Below are positions 25,854 to 35,217 of a stretch of 41,931 nt of DNA, piece by piece (position 1 is the stretch's first letter; the number at the start of each line of letters is the position of its first letter). Both the position numbers and the translations under genes were made by a program. Source of the DNA: Candidatus Rokuibacteriota bacterium (GTDB lineage: Bacteria > Methylomirabilota > Methylomirabilia > Rokubacteriales > DASRDR01); NCBI GenBank assembly GCA_044866005.1, contig JBIOTN010000110.1:1-41931 (forward strand), read 5' to 3'. The notes under the pieces are model-generated. The model searched no databases, was not told the origin of the DNA, and saw only the letters and a program-made list of their open reading frames with translations.

Positions 25854-26354
25854 TCACTCCCGGGCGAGGACGAAGTCCAGGTCGACCGCGGACTCGCCCG
25901 CCTTCGGGTAGAGCTGGGTCACCAGCGTCCGGTGGCCCGGCGCGGTCAGCCGGACGTGCAGGTGCGGGGGGCGGCCCGGGTAGCGCCCCGGGAAGTCGGT
26001 CTCGTAGCGGTAGCGGCCTTCGGCGTCGGCCCGCTGGCTGGCGCGGTGCTCGTCGTCGTACTGGCCCCGCGGGTTGGCCGACCACCACTCGAGCCGGGCG
26101 CCGGGGATCGGGCCGCACCCCGCGGCCGAGCGGATCGTGCCCGTGACCACGAGACCGCGTCCGGTCGTGGCCCGCTCCGGCGCGTTCGCCGTGTAGAACG
26201 GCCCGAGCGCGTCGGGCCGCGTGGGCGCGCAGGTCGGCTGCGCCCCCGCCGGGCCCGGGCGGGGCCCCACGGCGACGAGCGCGATCAGCGCCGCGCCCGC
26301 GGCCGACCAGGCTCGCCACGACCGACCTCGCACTGGCTCCGCTCCTCGCTTCAA
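25854..26354 (-). CDS. Intradiol ring-cleavage dioxygenase-like exported protein
   Basis: GPFY, WSANPRGQYD, PGRYPGRPPHLH and LVTQLY motifs; N-terminal signal-like segment. Start uncertain. Confidence 0.82.
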   Translation of the reverse strand: MKRGAEPVRGRSWRAWSAAGAALIALVAVGPRPGPAGAQPTCAPTRPDALGPFYTANAPERATTGRGLVVTGTIRSAAGCGPIPGARLEWWSANPRGQYDDEHRASQRADAEGRYRYETDFPGRYPGRPPHLHVRLTAPGHRTLVTQLYPKAGESAVDLDFVLARE

Positions 26355-26451
26355 TGGGGCCAGAAACGCGCGCGGAAATCAAGCGCGGGCCCTGACACCC
26401 CCGGCACCCACGATGTCGACGCGATGCGCCAGCAAAACGCGATCCGCCAGC

Positions 26452-26481
26452 TTGACAGGCGCGCCGGTCGGCGGATACGCT
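26452..26481 (+). promoter_or_regulatory. sigma70-type promoter (probably leaderless mRNA)
   Basis: TTGACA-N18-TACGCT, ending 8 nt before GTG 26490; no SD sequence. Confidence 0.55.
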
Positions 26482-26489
26482 CGCCCGTC

Positions 26490-27467
26490 GTGGGCGACGC
26501 CCGCATCTTCGCCACCTGGCCGATGGAGCATGAGGCGCGCGCGATCCTCGAGCGCGCCGGCACGGTCGAGACGAGCCCCACCGAGGACGAGCTGCCGGAG
26601 GCCGAGCTGTCCCGACGGGTGGCCGAGGTCCAGGCGATCGTCCCGATGGGCGCCCACCGCGTCCCGGAAGCCGTGATCGCGGCCGCCCCCCGGCTCCGCG
26701 TCATCGCCGTCGCCGCCGTCGGCTACAACCTCGTGGACGTCCCGGCGGCGACGCGGCGGCGCATCGCGGTCACCAACACGCCCGGCGTCCTGACCGAGAC
26801 GACGGCCGACCTGGCCTGGGCGCTGATGCTCGCCACGGCGCGCCGGCTGGGGGAGGCGGAGCGCTTCGTCCGCGCGGGGCGCTGGGAGGGCGTCCGGTGG
26901 AGCCTCCTCCTCGGCGCGGACGTGCACGGCGCGACGCTCGGCATCCTGGGCTTCGGCCGCATCGGCAAGGCGATCGCACGGCGGGCCCTGGGGTTTGGGA
27001 TGCGACTGCTCTACCACAGCCGGCATCCCGACCCGGAGGCCGAGGCGCTGGCGGCCACGTACCGCTCGAAGGCCGATCTCCTGCGCGAGGCGGACTTCGT
27101 CGTCCTCGCCGTGCCGCTCACGCCCGAGACCCGGCGGCTCGTCGGCGAGGCCGAGCTCCGCCTCATGAAGCCCACCGCCTACCTCCTGAACATCGCGCGC
27201 GGGCCGGTGGTCGACGAGGCGGCGCTGGCCCGAGCGCTCCGCGAAGGGCGGATCGCCGGCGCGGGCCTCGACGTCTTCGAGGACGAGCCGCGTGTCCACC
27301 CGGACCTCCTCGCCCTCGAGCAGGTCGTGCTGACCCCGCACATCGGGTCCGCGACGCGCGCCACGCGCCTTCGCATGGCGACGCTCGCGGCCGAGAACTG
27401 TCTCGCCGCGCTGGAGGGCCGCCGGCCGCCGAACCTGGTCAACCCGGAGGCGTGGCGCGCGGTCTGA
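26490..27467 (+). CDS. D-isomer 2-hydroxyacid dehydrogenase (glyoxylate/D-glycerate reductase-like)
   Basis: NTPGVLTETTAD, GFGRIG, NIARGPVVDE, LDVFEDEP and PHIGSAT motifs. Probable start GTG 26490. Confidence 0.93.
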   Translation: MGDARIFATWPMEHEARAILERAGTVETSPTEDELPEAELSRRVAEVQAIVPMGAHRVPEAVIAAAPRLRVIAVAAVGYNLVDVPAATRRRIAVTNTPGVLTETTADLAWALMLATARRLGEAERFVRAGRWEGVRWSLLLGADVHGATLGILGFGRIGKAIARRALGFGMRLLYHSRHPDPEAEALAATYRSKADLLREADFVVLAVPLTPETRRLVGEAELRLMKPTAYLLNIARGPVVDEAALARALREGRIAGAGLDVFEDEPRVHPDLLALEQVVLTPHIGSATRATRLRMATLAAENCLAALEGRRPPNLVNPEAWRAV

Positions 27468-27485
27468 GCGCGGCCGCCCGGTGGC

Positions 27486-28358
27486 GTGACGATCGACGAC
27501 GTCGTCCGGCGACTGCCTGGGTGGGCGGGCGCCGCGTCGGTGCGGGTCACGCCGCTCGAGGGCGGCATCACCAACGAGAACCATCGGGTCGAGGTGGACG
27601 GCGAGGCGTTCGTGGTCCGCCTCGGCGGTCGGCAGGCGGAGCTGCTGGGCATCGACCGCCACCGCGAGGCCGCCGCGACCAGTGCCGCCGCGCGGCTCGG
27701 CGTGGGCCCCGAGGTGGTGTGGGCCCGTCCCGAGGAAGGCGTCCTGGTGACGCGGTTCGTGTCCGGTCGCGTGTTGACGCCGGCGGACCTCCACGATCCC
27801 GCCATCCTCGCCCGAGTGGTCCACGCCCTGGCACAGGTCCACGGCGGGCCGCCCATCGCCGGTCGCTTCTCGCCGTTCCGCACCGTCGAGGCCTACCGCG
27901 AGGTCGCGACGCGGCACGGCGTTGCCCTCCCGCCCGCCTTCGACGACTGGCTCGCCCTCGGCCATCGCATCGAGGCGGTCCTGCCACCGGGCGAGAGCGT
28001 CCCCTGCCACAACGATCTCCTGGCGGCGAACCTCATCGACGAGGGCAACCGGATCCGCATCCTGGACTGGGAGTACGCGGCCATGGGCGATCCGTTCTTC
28101 GACCTGGGCAACCTGGCGTCGAACGCGGAGCTCGGCCCCGCCGAGGAGCGCCGGCTTGTCGCGCTCTACGGCGGCCGGGACGCGGACGAGCCGGCCCTGA
28201 CGCGGCTGGCGCTCATGCGGCTCGCCTCGGACCTTCGCGAGGCCATGTGGGGTCTCGTGCAGACCGGCATCTCCCGCCTGCCCTTCGACTTCGCCGGGTA
28301 CGCGGCACGCCACTTCGCGCGGTTCGCGGCGCGGGCGGGAGCGGAGCTCGCCCGCTGA
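27486..28358 (+). CDS. Choline/ethanolamine kinase-like phosphotransferase
   Basis: GGITN, CHNDLLAAN (Brenner motif) and ILDWEYAAMGDPFFDLG. Confidence 0.9.
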   Translation: MTIDDVVRRLPGWAGAASVRVTPLEGGITNENHRVEVDGEAFVVRLGGRQAELLGIDRHREAAATSAAARLGVGPEVVWARPEEGVLVTRFVSGRVLTPADLHDPAILARVVHALAQVHGGPPIAGRFSPFRTVEAYREVATRHGVALPPAFDDWLALGHRIEAVLPPGESVPCHNDLLAANLIDEGNRIRILDWEYAAMGDPFFDLGNLASNAELGPAEERRLVALYGGRDADEPALTRLALMRLASDLREAMWGLVQTGISRLPFDFAGYAARHFARFAARAGAELAR

Positions 28359-28421
28359 GCAGAGTTACACGGCGGGCTCGGCCGCCGCGGCGTGGGGTTC
28401 TCCCGGAGCCGTCCCCGGAGT

Positions 28422-28450
28422 TTGACGCGCCGCGGTCGGCTGTGTAGGAT
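28422..28450 (+). promoter_or_regulatory. sigma70-type promoter (probably leaderless mRNA)
   Basis: TTGACG-N17-TAGGAT with a TG extension, ending 6 nt before GTG 28457. Confidence 0.65.
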
Positions 28451-28456
28451 GCCACG

Positions 28457-29893
28457 GTGATGTTCCGCGCCGGACGGTTCTGGCTCGTCCTCCTCGTCCT
28501 CGTCGTGCTCGGGGGTGGCTTTCTCCTGTGGCGTCAGCGGCAGCCGGGCGTCTCGGTCAGCCTCGAGCCCGCGCCCGCCGCCCTGGGGCACCCCCAGCGG
28601 ACGGTCACCGTGAAGCTCTCGGCACCCGCCGGGCCGCTGAGATCCGTCGAGGCGCGCGTGATCCAGGGGGGCGCCTCGCGAACGGTCCTGAGCGAGGAGT
28701 TCCCCGCGCCGGCGCCGCGGGAGGCGCAGAAATCACTCACGCTCGACGCCGGCGCGCTCGAGCTGAAGGAGGGGGCCGCCGAGCTCGTCGTCTTCGCCCG
28801 CGATGCCCTCTGGCGTCCCCGGCCCGACCCCGCGCCGCGCCTCGTCCACCGCTTCACGGTGGACCTCACGCCGCCGAAGGTCGAGCTGCGGGCGGCCACC
28901 GGCTACATCAAGCACGCGGGCGCCGGGATCGCGATCTACCGGGTGGAGGACGCGGCCCGCTCCGGCGTCCAGGTGGGAGACGCGTTCTTCCCGGGCGTGA
29001 GCGGGCTCGCGCAGGATGCCGCCGTGCACGTCGCGCTCTTCACGATCCCGTACAGCGGCGCCCAGACGCCGCCGTCCGTCGTCGCCGAGGACGAGGCGGG
29101 GAACCAGCGGCTCCTCGGCGTGCCGGTCACGTTCCTGCCGACGCGGTTCCCCAAGGACACGATCCAGCTCGGCGAGCCGTTCCTCAAGCGCAAGGTGCCG
29201 GAGCTCGCCCCGCAGACGCCCGGCACCGCGACGCTCGACCAGCTGGTCCAGGCCTTCCTCGCGGTGAACCGCGACGGCCGCAAGGCGAACGAGGCGAAGA
29301 TCCGCGAGATCACGACCGGGGAGAGCGCGGCCCGGCCGCTCTGGCAGGGCGCCTTCCGGCAGCAGCCGAACACCAAAGTGTTCGCGAACTTTCCGGAGGC
29401 GCGCACCTACCAGGTGGACGGCCGCACGGTGGACCACCAGTGGCACCTCGGGATCGACCTGGCCTCGCGCAAGCAGAGCCCGGTGGAGGCGTCGAACGCG
29501 GGCCGGGTGGTCTTCGCGGGTCCGAACGGCATCTACGGCAACATGGTCGTCCTGGACCACGGCCTGCGGCTCTACACTCTCTATGCGCACCTCTCCGAGA
29601 TCGCCGTGAAGGTGGGGCAGACGGTCGCCATGGGGGAGACGCTCGGACGCTCCGGCGAGACGGGACTCGCGGGCGGCGACCACCTGCACTTCGCCATGCT
29701 GATCCACGGGGTCTACACGACCCCGCTCGAGTGGTGGGACGACCACTGGCTCCGCGACCGGCTCGCCAAGCCGCTCGCCGAGGCCGGCATCGCCCTGGCC
29801 GGGATCACGGACAGCGCCCCGACGGCGACCGGGGGCCCCGTCCCGGCTCCCCCGCGCGCGCCGCGGGCCACCCAACGCGCGCCGCGGCGCTGA
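28457..29893 (+). CDS. M23 family metallopeptidase with N-terminal membrane anchor
   Basis: HLGIDLA (HxxxD), YAHLS and HLHF (HxH) motifs. Confidence 0.93.
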   Translation: MMFRAGRFWLVLLVLVVLGGGFLLWRQRQPGVSVSLEPAPAALGHPQRTVTVKLSAPAGPLRSVEARVIQGGASRTVLSEEFPAPAPREAQKSLTLDAGALELKEGAAELVVFARDALWRPRPDPAPRLVHRFTVDLTPPKVELRAATGYIKHAGAGIAIYRVEDAARSGVQVGDAFFPGVSGLAQDAAVHVALFTIPYSGAQTPPSVVAEDEAGNQRLLGVPVTFLPTRFPKDTIQLGEPFLKRKVPELAPQTPGTATLDQLVQAFLAVNRDGRKANEAKIREITTGESAARPLWQGAFRQQPNTKVFANFPEARTYQVDGRTVDHQWHLGIDLASRKQSPVEASNAGRVVFAGPNGIYGNMVVLDHGLRLYTLYAHLSEIAVKVGQTVAMGETLGRSGETGLAGGDHLHFAMLIHGVYTTPLEWWDDHWLRDRLAKPLAEAGIALAGITDSAPTATGGPVPAPPRAPRATQRAPRR

Positions 29894-30002
29894 CCCGTTT
29901 CCGTACAGGGAGAGCCCGGAGCGCGCGGGCCGGCACCCGACCGCGCGCTGAGGGGGGCGCCGCCGGATAGGTGTTCTCCCGCCCCGCGCGCGCCCTCCTG
30001 CC

Positions 30003-30073
30003 CTCCGAGCGCCGGCTCCGCCGGCGCCACCGAAGGGGGAGGAATCGGAGGGGGCCGTGGAGGCCCCCTCCGA
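30003..30073 (-). repeat. Two-hairpin REP-like repeat, copy 6
   Basis: Minus strand TCGGAGGGGGCC-TCCAC-GGCCCCCTCCGA-TTCCTCCCCC...GCGCCGGC-GGA-GCCGGCGC-TCGGAG, 5 nt after the stop at 30079. Confidence 0.88.
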
Positions 30074-30078
30074 CAAAC

Positions 30079-30291
30079 TCACCAGGGACGGGCCAGCCGC
30101 GCCTCGATGATCGCGGCCGCGGTCGCGCCGGCGACCGCGGCCAGGACGGCCAGGACCATGACCAGGCGGAGGGGCGGGCCGGCGCGCCGGGCCGGGCGCC
30201 GCAGCCCCAGCCAGCCGAGGAGCAGGCCGTAGACCATGAGGCCGAGCGCGAGCCCGAGGTACGCGAGCCCCAGCGACGTCACGCCGCCCAT
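30079..30291 (-). CDS. Small two-TM hypothetical membrane protein
   Basis: Two hydrophobic helices separated by a basic loop. Start ATG 30291, or GTG 30282 which lies 7 nt after TTGCGG-N17-GACAAT. Confidence 0.6.
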   Translation of the reverse strand: MGGVTSLGLAYLGLALGLMVYGLLLGWLGLRRPARRAGPPLRLVMVLAVLAAVAGATAAAIIEARLARPW

Positions 30292-30377
30292 TGTCGGCGA
30301 ACGAGCCGCGCGCCGCAAGCCGCCGACGCTCGGATTCCTTGGGCGTCGCCCGCTGCCGGGGCTACAATGAGCAGGAC

Positions 30378-30656
30378 ATGAGCGAGAGCGCCGGCCGCCC
30401 CGAAACCGTCATCGTCATGGCGCCCGATCTGGCGGCGTTCTACGAGTTCGTCAAGCCGCGCCAGGAGGCGAGCGGCCAGAGCATCGTCGTCCTCCTCGAC
30501 CGCCGGCGCGGCGAGCGGCGCGCCCAGCCCCAGGCGATCTCCGCGGACCGCCGGGCGAGCGATCGCCGGGCCAATCCGGCCGAGGCCGCGCGCGCACTCA
30601 TGTCGGTCCTGGGCTTCGCGGTCCTCCGCCGCCACGGCGACCGCTACACGGTCTAG
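30378..30656 (+). CDS. Hypothetical protein with tandem [DE]RR motif
   Basis: VLLDRRRGERR-x8-DRRASDRR motif, paralogous to 1512..1991. TACAAT lies 9 nt upstream of ATG 30378. Confidence 0.78.
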   Translation: MSESAGRPETVIVMAPDLAAFYEFVKPRQEASGQSIVVLLDRRRGERRAQPQAISADRRASDRRANPAEAARALMSVLGFAVLRRHGDRYTV

Positions 30657-30657
30657 C

Positions 30658-30686
30658 TTCGCCAGGGGCCTCGACCGCCCCTCCGA
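30658..30686 (+). repeat. REP-like repeat, copy 7 (degenerate first hairpin)
   Basis: TTCGCCAGGGGCCTCGACCGCCCCTCCGA, 1 nt after the stop at 30656. Confidence 0.55.
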
Positions 30687-30766
30687 GTCCGTCGCCCCCC
30701 TGCCGGGCATTCAGCACGAGACCGGAATCGGCTAGAATTAGGGCAGGCCCGCTCCCGGAGGGCCCC

Positions 30767-30886
30767 GTGCAGTTGGTCTGTCGCTGCCTGCGCTGCGGTC
30801 ACATCCACGTGGGAACGACCCCTCCCGAGCGCTGCCCTGGGTGCGGGGCACCCGGGGAGGAGTTCGAGGTGGTCGACGAGGACTGA
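30767..30886 (+). CDS. Rubredoxin-like CxxC/CPxCG microprotein (39 aa)
   Basis: GGAGG RBS then GTG: MQLVCRCLRCGHIHVGTTPPERCPGCGAPGEEFEVVDED*. TAGAAT at 30733-30738. Below the ORF-track size cutoff. Confidence 0.8.
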   Translation: MQLVCRCLRCGHIHVGTTPPERCPGCGAPGEEFEVVDED

Positions 30887-30940
30887 GCCCGGCTGAGGCC
30901 CAGGCGGTGAGGCGCCCTCGCGGGCGGGGGAGGTGCGCTG

Positions 30941-31771
30941 ATGGCGACCGTGACAGTCTCCCACGAGATCGGGTCCGGCGGCACCGAGATGGCCGCCGCG
31001 GTGGCCGACCGGCTCGGCTACCGATACGTCGATCAGGACATGATCAGCCAGGCGGCCCGCCAGTACGGCGTCGGCGAGGACAAGCTCACGCAGCTCGACG
31101 AGACCAAGCCGTCGCTTTTCGAGCGCTTCGACGTCGAGACCCGACAGTACATCACCGTGCTCCAGTCGGCCCTCCTCGACGTCGCGGAGCACGACAACGT
31201 CGTCATCATGGGTCGCGGCGGCCAGGTGCTCCTGCGCGGGATCTCGCACGTGCTGCGGGTGCGGGTGATGGCGCCGTTCGAGCTGCGCGTCAAGCGCGTG
31301 ATGAAGAAGATGGCCGGGCAGATGGGCGAAAGCGTGGACGTCCGCACCACGGCGGAGATGGTCCGCCGGAACGACCGCGAGAAGGCCGGACGGATGCGGT
31401 ACCTCTACGACGTGGACTGGGCGGACGCGGCGCTCTACGACCTGGTCGTCAACACGGAGAAGATCTCGAGCGACGCGGGGGTCGATTTGATCCTCAGCCT
31501 GCTGCGCCGACCGGAGCTGGCGCCGAGCGAGGCGTCACGGCAGGCCGTCCGGGACCGCGCGCTCGCCTCCCGCGTGCGCTGCGCCCTGCTCGCGCACCCC
31601 GAGACGCGGAAGTACCGCATCAACCGGGTCGACGCCGACCGGGGCGTGGTTCACATCGAAGGGACGGCCGCCCTGGAGAAAGCGACCGAGGTCGCGCGCA
31701 CGGTGCCCGGCGTCGTGGACGTCAAGGCGCAGCTGCTCGAAGTGCCCCCTATCCCGCCGTTCGTGGCCTGA
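30941..31771 (+). CDS. Cytidylate kinase-like family protein with C-terminal BON domain
   Basis: VTVSHEIGSGG P-loop-like start, VVIMGRGG, YDLVVNT; C-terminal DRALASRVRCAL...GVVHIEG...VPGVVDV BON-like domain. Confidence 0.85.
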   Translation: MATVTVSHEIGSGGTEMAAAVADRLGYRYVDQDMISQAARQYGVGEDKLTQLDETKPSLFERFDVETRQYITVLQSALLDVAEHDNVVIMGRGGQVLLRGISHVLRVRVMAPFELRVKRVMKKMAGQMGESVDVRTTAEMVRRNDREKAGRMRYLYDVDWADAALYDLVVNTEKISSDAGVDLILSLLRRPELAPSEASRQAVRDRALASRVRCALLAHPETRKYRINRVDADRGVVHIEGTAALEKATEVARTVPGVVDVKAQLLEVPPIPPFVA

Positions 31772-31780
31772 GGGCGGCCC

Positions 31781-32524
31781 TCACCTCACCTTGACGACCC
31801 GGCTCGCCAGCCCGAAGACGGCCAGCTCCTCGCTGCGCGCGTCGGCCGCCGCGTGCGTAGGGAACTGCCCGTACCGGATGTGGTAGATCACGGTCGGCCC
31901 GAGATCGTCGTCCACCCGCACCTGGTAGGCCCCCGCGCGGAGGGCCCGCGCGGACGCGATGGCCTCGCCGAGCGACGGCAGGCGGTCCAGCACGACCTCG
32001 GGCCCGTCCTCGCGGTCGACGGCCGAGCCGCGCCCCAGCTCGGCGGCGGCCCGGCGAGCGTCCGGGAGGGAGGCGAAGCCGATCACCGCCACCCGGTAGA
32101 GCCGGCGCATCTCCAGCTTCCGGAACCGGACCGTGGCGTAACCGAGGCGATGGAGCTGGTCCTCGACCCGATCGGCGGTCTCCGCCGAGAGGAAGGGGCC
32201 GGTCTCGAGCACGTACCGGTCCACGGGAGCCGACGGGGCCGGGACGGTCGCGGGCGCCGCGGCGGGTGGCGGGGCCGGCGGCGCCGGGGCGGGATCGGGC
32301 CGGACGGCCACCTCCCGGGGGGCGGGGGTCTCGGGGTTCGGCGTGGCCACGGCCGGCGACGGCGCGATCGTGACCGCGGTCGGGATCGGCGCCGTGATGC
32401 GTAGCGCGAGGTCCCACACGCCGTCGACCCGCCGCTCCAGGAGCCATGCGGTGACCACGACCATGAGGAGCACGCTGACGAGGCCGAGGGGGACGTGGGC
32501 GTAGCGGCGGAAAAAGTCGAGCAT
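31781..32524 (-). CDS. SPOR-domain membrane-anchored protein
   Basis: N-terminal TM segment, Pro/Ala linker, SPOR-like repeats (YVLETGPF..A, YHIRYGQFPTHAAA). Probable start ATG 32524. Confidence 0.75.
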   Translation of the reverse strand: MLDFFRRYAHVPLGLVSVLLMVVVTAWLLERRVDGVWDLALRITAPIPTAVTIAPSPAVATPNPETPAPREVAVRPDPAPAPPAPPPAAAPATVPAPSAPVDRYVLETGPFLSAETADRVEDQLHRLGYATVRFRKLEMRRLYRVAVIGFASLPDARRAAAELGRGSAVDREDGPEVVLDRLPSLGEAIASARALRAGAYQVRVDDDLGPTVIYHIRYGQFPTHAAADARSEELAVFGLASRVVKVR

Positions 32525-32592
32525 GGCCGGTCCGTCACGATGTTTAGGGGCGGCCGGCGGGAAGTCAAGGATATTCTGGGCGAGGCGCCCGA

Positions 32593-33756
32593 ATGACGCG
32601 TATCCTGGCACGTTTCGCCGCCGGGGCGCTGCTGGCGGTCGCCGTGGGGCTGGGTGTGGGGCTCGGCATCCAGACCGCGGGCCTCCGCGTCCCCGGGCTC
32701 GCCCGCAGCGGGCAGCCTGCGGCGCCCGCCACGGCGGAGGAGATGCAGCGGGCCTTCGTCCGCGTCGCCGAGCGCGTCCGGCCGGCCGTCGTGAACATCG
32801 CCACCGCGCACTTCCTGCGCCGCCAGCGGCCCCCCGGCACCGCTCCCTTTTCCGGCGATCCGAGCTTCAAGGAGTTCTACGACCGGTACTTCGGTCAGAT
32901 GCCGCCGTCCGAGCGCGAGCGGGCCGGCGTCGGCTCGGGCGTCATCATCGACACGCACGGCCACATCCTCACCAACCTCCACGTGATCAAGGGCGCCGAC
33001 GAGATCGTCGTCAGGCTCTTCGACAAGAAGGAGGTCAAGGGCAAGATCGTGGGCAGCGACACCAAGACCGACCTGGCCGTCATCCGCGTCCCCACCGTGG
33101 AGGGCGTCGTCGCCGCGCCGCTCGGGGATTCCGACCGGCTCCAGGTCGGCGAGTGGGCGATCGCCATCGGCAGCCCGTTCGGCCTCGAGCAGACCGTCAC
33201 CGTCGGCGTGATCAGCGCCACCGGCCGCTCGGAGGTCGGGATCGTCCCGTACGAGAACTTCATCCAGACCGACGCCTCGATCAACCCGGGGAACTCGGGC
33301 GGACCGCTCCTCAACTTCCGTGGCGAGGTCATCGGCATCAACACCGCCATCGTCTCGACGGGCCAGGGCATCGGCTTCGCCATCCCCATCAACGTGGCGC
33401 AACGCGTGGCGACCGCGCTCGTGTCGAAGGGCCGCGTGGTGCGTGGCTGGCTCGGGGTCTCGCTGGAGCCCTTGACGAGGGAGCTGGCGCAGGCGCTCGG
33501 CGCCGCGAGCGATCGGGGCGCCGTGGTGGCCCGCGTGCTGCCGGGAAGCCCGGCGGAGAAGGCGGGCGTCCGCCAGAACGACGTGATCGTGAAGTTCGGC
33601 GACGTTCTCGTGGAGGACCGCGAGCACCTCCAGCGGCTCGTCCTCGACGCCCCGGTCGACAAGCCGGTCACCCTCCGTCTCCTCCGCGACCGCAAGGAGC
33701 TCTCGATGCCCGTCACGATCGCCGAGGCCCCGGCGGAGCGGCAGGCGCCCTCGTAG
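32593..33756 (+). CDS. htrA: HtrA/DegP-family serine protease with one PDZ domain
   Basis: GSGVII, TNLHV, TDLAV and IQTDASINPGNSGGPL catalytic motifs; GWLGV PDZ start. Confidence 0.95.
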   Translation: MTRILARFAAGALLAVAVGLGVGLGIQTAGLRVPGLARSGQPAAPATAEEMQRAFVRVAERVRPAVVNIATAHFLRRQRPPGTAPFSGDPSFKEFYDRYFGQMPPSERERAGVGSGVIIDTHGHILTNLHVIKGADEIVVRLFDKKEVKGKIVGSDTKTDLAVIRVPTVEGVVAAPLGDSDRLQVGEWAIAIGSPFGLEQTVTVGVISATGRSEVGIVPYENFIQTDASINPGNSGGPLLNFRGEVIGINTAIVSTGQGIGFAIPINVAQRVATALVSKGRVVRGWLGVSLEPLTRELAQALGAASDRGAVVARVLPGSPAEKAGVRQNDVIVKFGDVLVEDREHLQRLVLDAPVDKPVTLRLLRDRKELSMPVTIAEAPAERQAPS

Positions 33757-33781
33757 GCCGGGACGGAGACCCCGGCGCTCC

Positions 33782-34348
33782 GTGCTCTTCTCCTGGCGGC
33801 GGTTCCGGCAGCGCGTGACCGGGGTCCTTCACCTCGACGAGGAGCCATCGCGGCTGGCCGCGGGCATGGCCGTCGGCGTGTTCATCGGGATCACGCCGTT
33901 CTTCTTTCTCCACACCATCCTGGCGCTGGTCGTGGCGTTCGTGTTCCGGCTCAACAAGGCGGCCACGATCACGGGCGCGTGGATCAACCTCCCGTGGTTC
34001 GCGCCGTTCGTCTACGCGTTCTGCCTGGAGCTGGGGCGAGCCATGCTGAGCGGCGACTTCAGCGTCGTCTGGCGGATCGGGGAGCTCCCGGGGTTCGCGG
34101 CGGCGCTGATCCACACCAACCCGGTCGACCACGTGGGGTCGTTCTGGGACCTCCTCCTCAGGGCGATGTTCGAAGCGTCGCTGCCGCTCTTCGTCGGCAC
34201 CACGGTGGTCGGCGTCGTCCTGGGCCTCGTGACCTATCTCGTGACGCTCGAGGCGGTGCGCGAGGTGCGCCGGCTGCGACGCCACCCCGCGGCGCCGATG
34301 CCGGAGGAGGCGAGCCGGCGCCACCATCCGGAAGAGCCGCTGCCATGA
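33782..34348 (+). CDS. DUF2062 family membrane protein
   Basis: PSRLAAGMAVGVFIGITPFF, FRLNKAA and WINLPW motifs. Confidence 0.85.
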   Translation: MLFSWRRFRQRVTGVLHLDEEPSRLAAGMAVGVFIGITPFFFLHTILALVVAFVFRLNKAATITGAWINLPWFAPFVYAFCLELGRAMLSGDFSVVWRIGELPGFAAALIHTNPVDHVGSFWDLLLRAMFEASLPLFVGTTVVGVVLGLVTYLVTLEAVREVRRLRRHPAAPMPEEASRRHHPEEPLP

Positions 34349-35217
34349 TCTCGCCGTTCGGCTCCCTCCTCGACGACGTCGCCGTCATCCTGGGCGGCGC
34401 GCTGGGACTGGCCGAAGCCGGCGCGGCGTCGCTCGCCCGCGTGCTCACGATCGCCGCCACCGTCCTGCTCGGCTGGATCGCCTACCGGATCGTCACGGGC
34501 CTGATCCACCGCCTCCTCCGCCCGCTGGAAGGCGCCGCCGACTACCCGGTCCGCGTCCAGCGGGCCCGCACGCTCGACCCGCTCATGTCGAACGTCATAC
34601 GCTACGTGGTCGCCTTCGTGGTCGGCATGGTGATCCTGCAGGAGCTCGGGATCGACGTGCGCGCGCTCATGGTCTCCGCCGGCGTGGTGGGGCTCGCGAT
34701 CAGCCTGGGGGCGCAGGGGCTCATCAAGGACGTCCTCACCGGGTTCTTCCTCCTCTTCGAGGGCCTGCTGGTCGTCGGCGATGTGATCGAGGTGGGTCCC
34801 CACGTGGGGGTGGTGGAGTCGGTCGGCCTGCGCATCACGAAGATCCGCAAGTTCTCGGGCGAGCTTCGGATCGTGCCGAACAGCGAGCTGACCGCGTTCG
34901 GGCAACACACCGCCGGGTGGGCCCGCGCCGTGGTCGAGGTGCCCGTGCCGCGCGACCAGGACGTCAGCCAGGCCCTCGCCGTGCTGGAGAGCGTCGGCCG
35001 CGCCTACCGCGAGGCCCACCCCCAGCACGTGCTCGAGCCGCCCGTGGCCGAAGGGATCGTCCGGTTCGGCGACAGCGACCTCGTGCTCCGGCTCCACCTC
35101 CGGGTCGACGCGACGCAGAAGTCCGTGACGGAGCTCGAGCTCCGCCGCCGGGTCAAGGACGCGCTCGAGGCCGCCGAAATCTGGACCTTGCAACGAAAGA
35201 AGGAGTCTCAGGCATGA
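34345..35217 (+). CDS. mscS: Small-conductance mechanosensitive channel family protein
   Basis: GVVGLAISLGAQGLIKDVLTG, VGDVIEVG, GVVESVGLRIT and VPNS motifs; ATGA overlap with the upstream gene. Confidence 0.92.
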   Translation: MISPFGSLLDDVAVILGGALGLAEAGAASLARVLTIAATVLLGWIAYRIVTGLIHRLLRPLEGAADYPVRVQRARTLDPLMSNVIRYVVAFVVGMVILQELGIDVRALMVSAGVVGLAISLGAQGLIKDVLTGFFLLFEGLLVVGDVIEVGPHVGVVESVGLRITKIRKFSGELRIVPNSELTAFGQHTAGWARAVVEVPVPRDQDVSQALAVLESVGRAYREAHPQHVLEPPVAEGIVRFGDSDLVLRLHLRVDATQKSVTELELRRRVKDALEAAEIWTLQRKKESQA

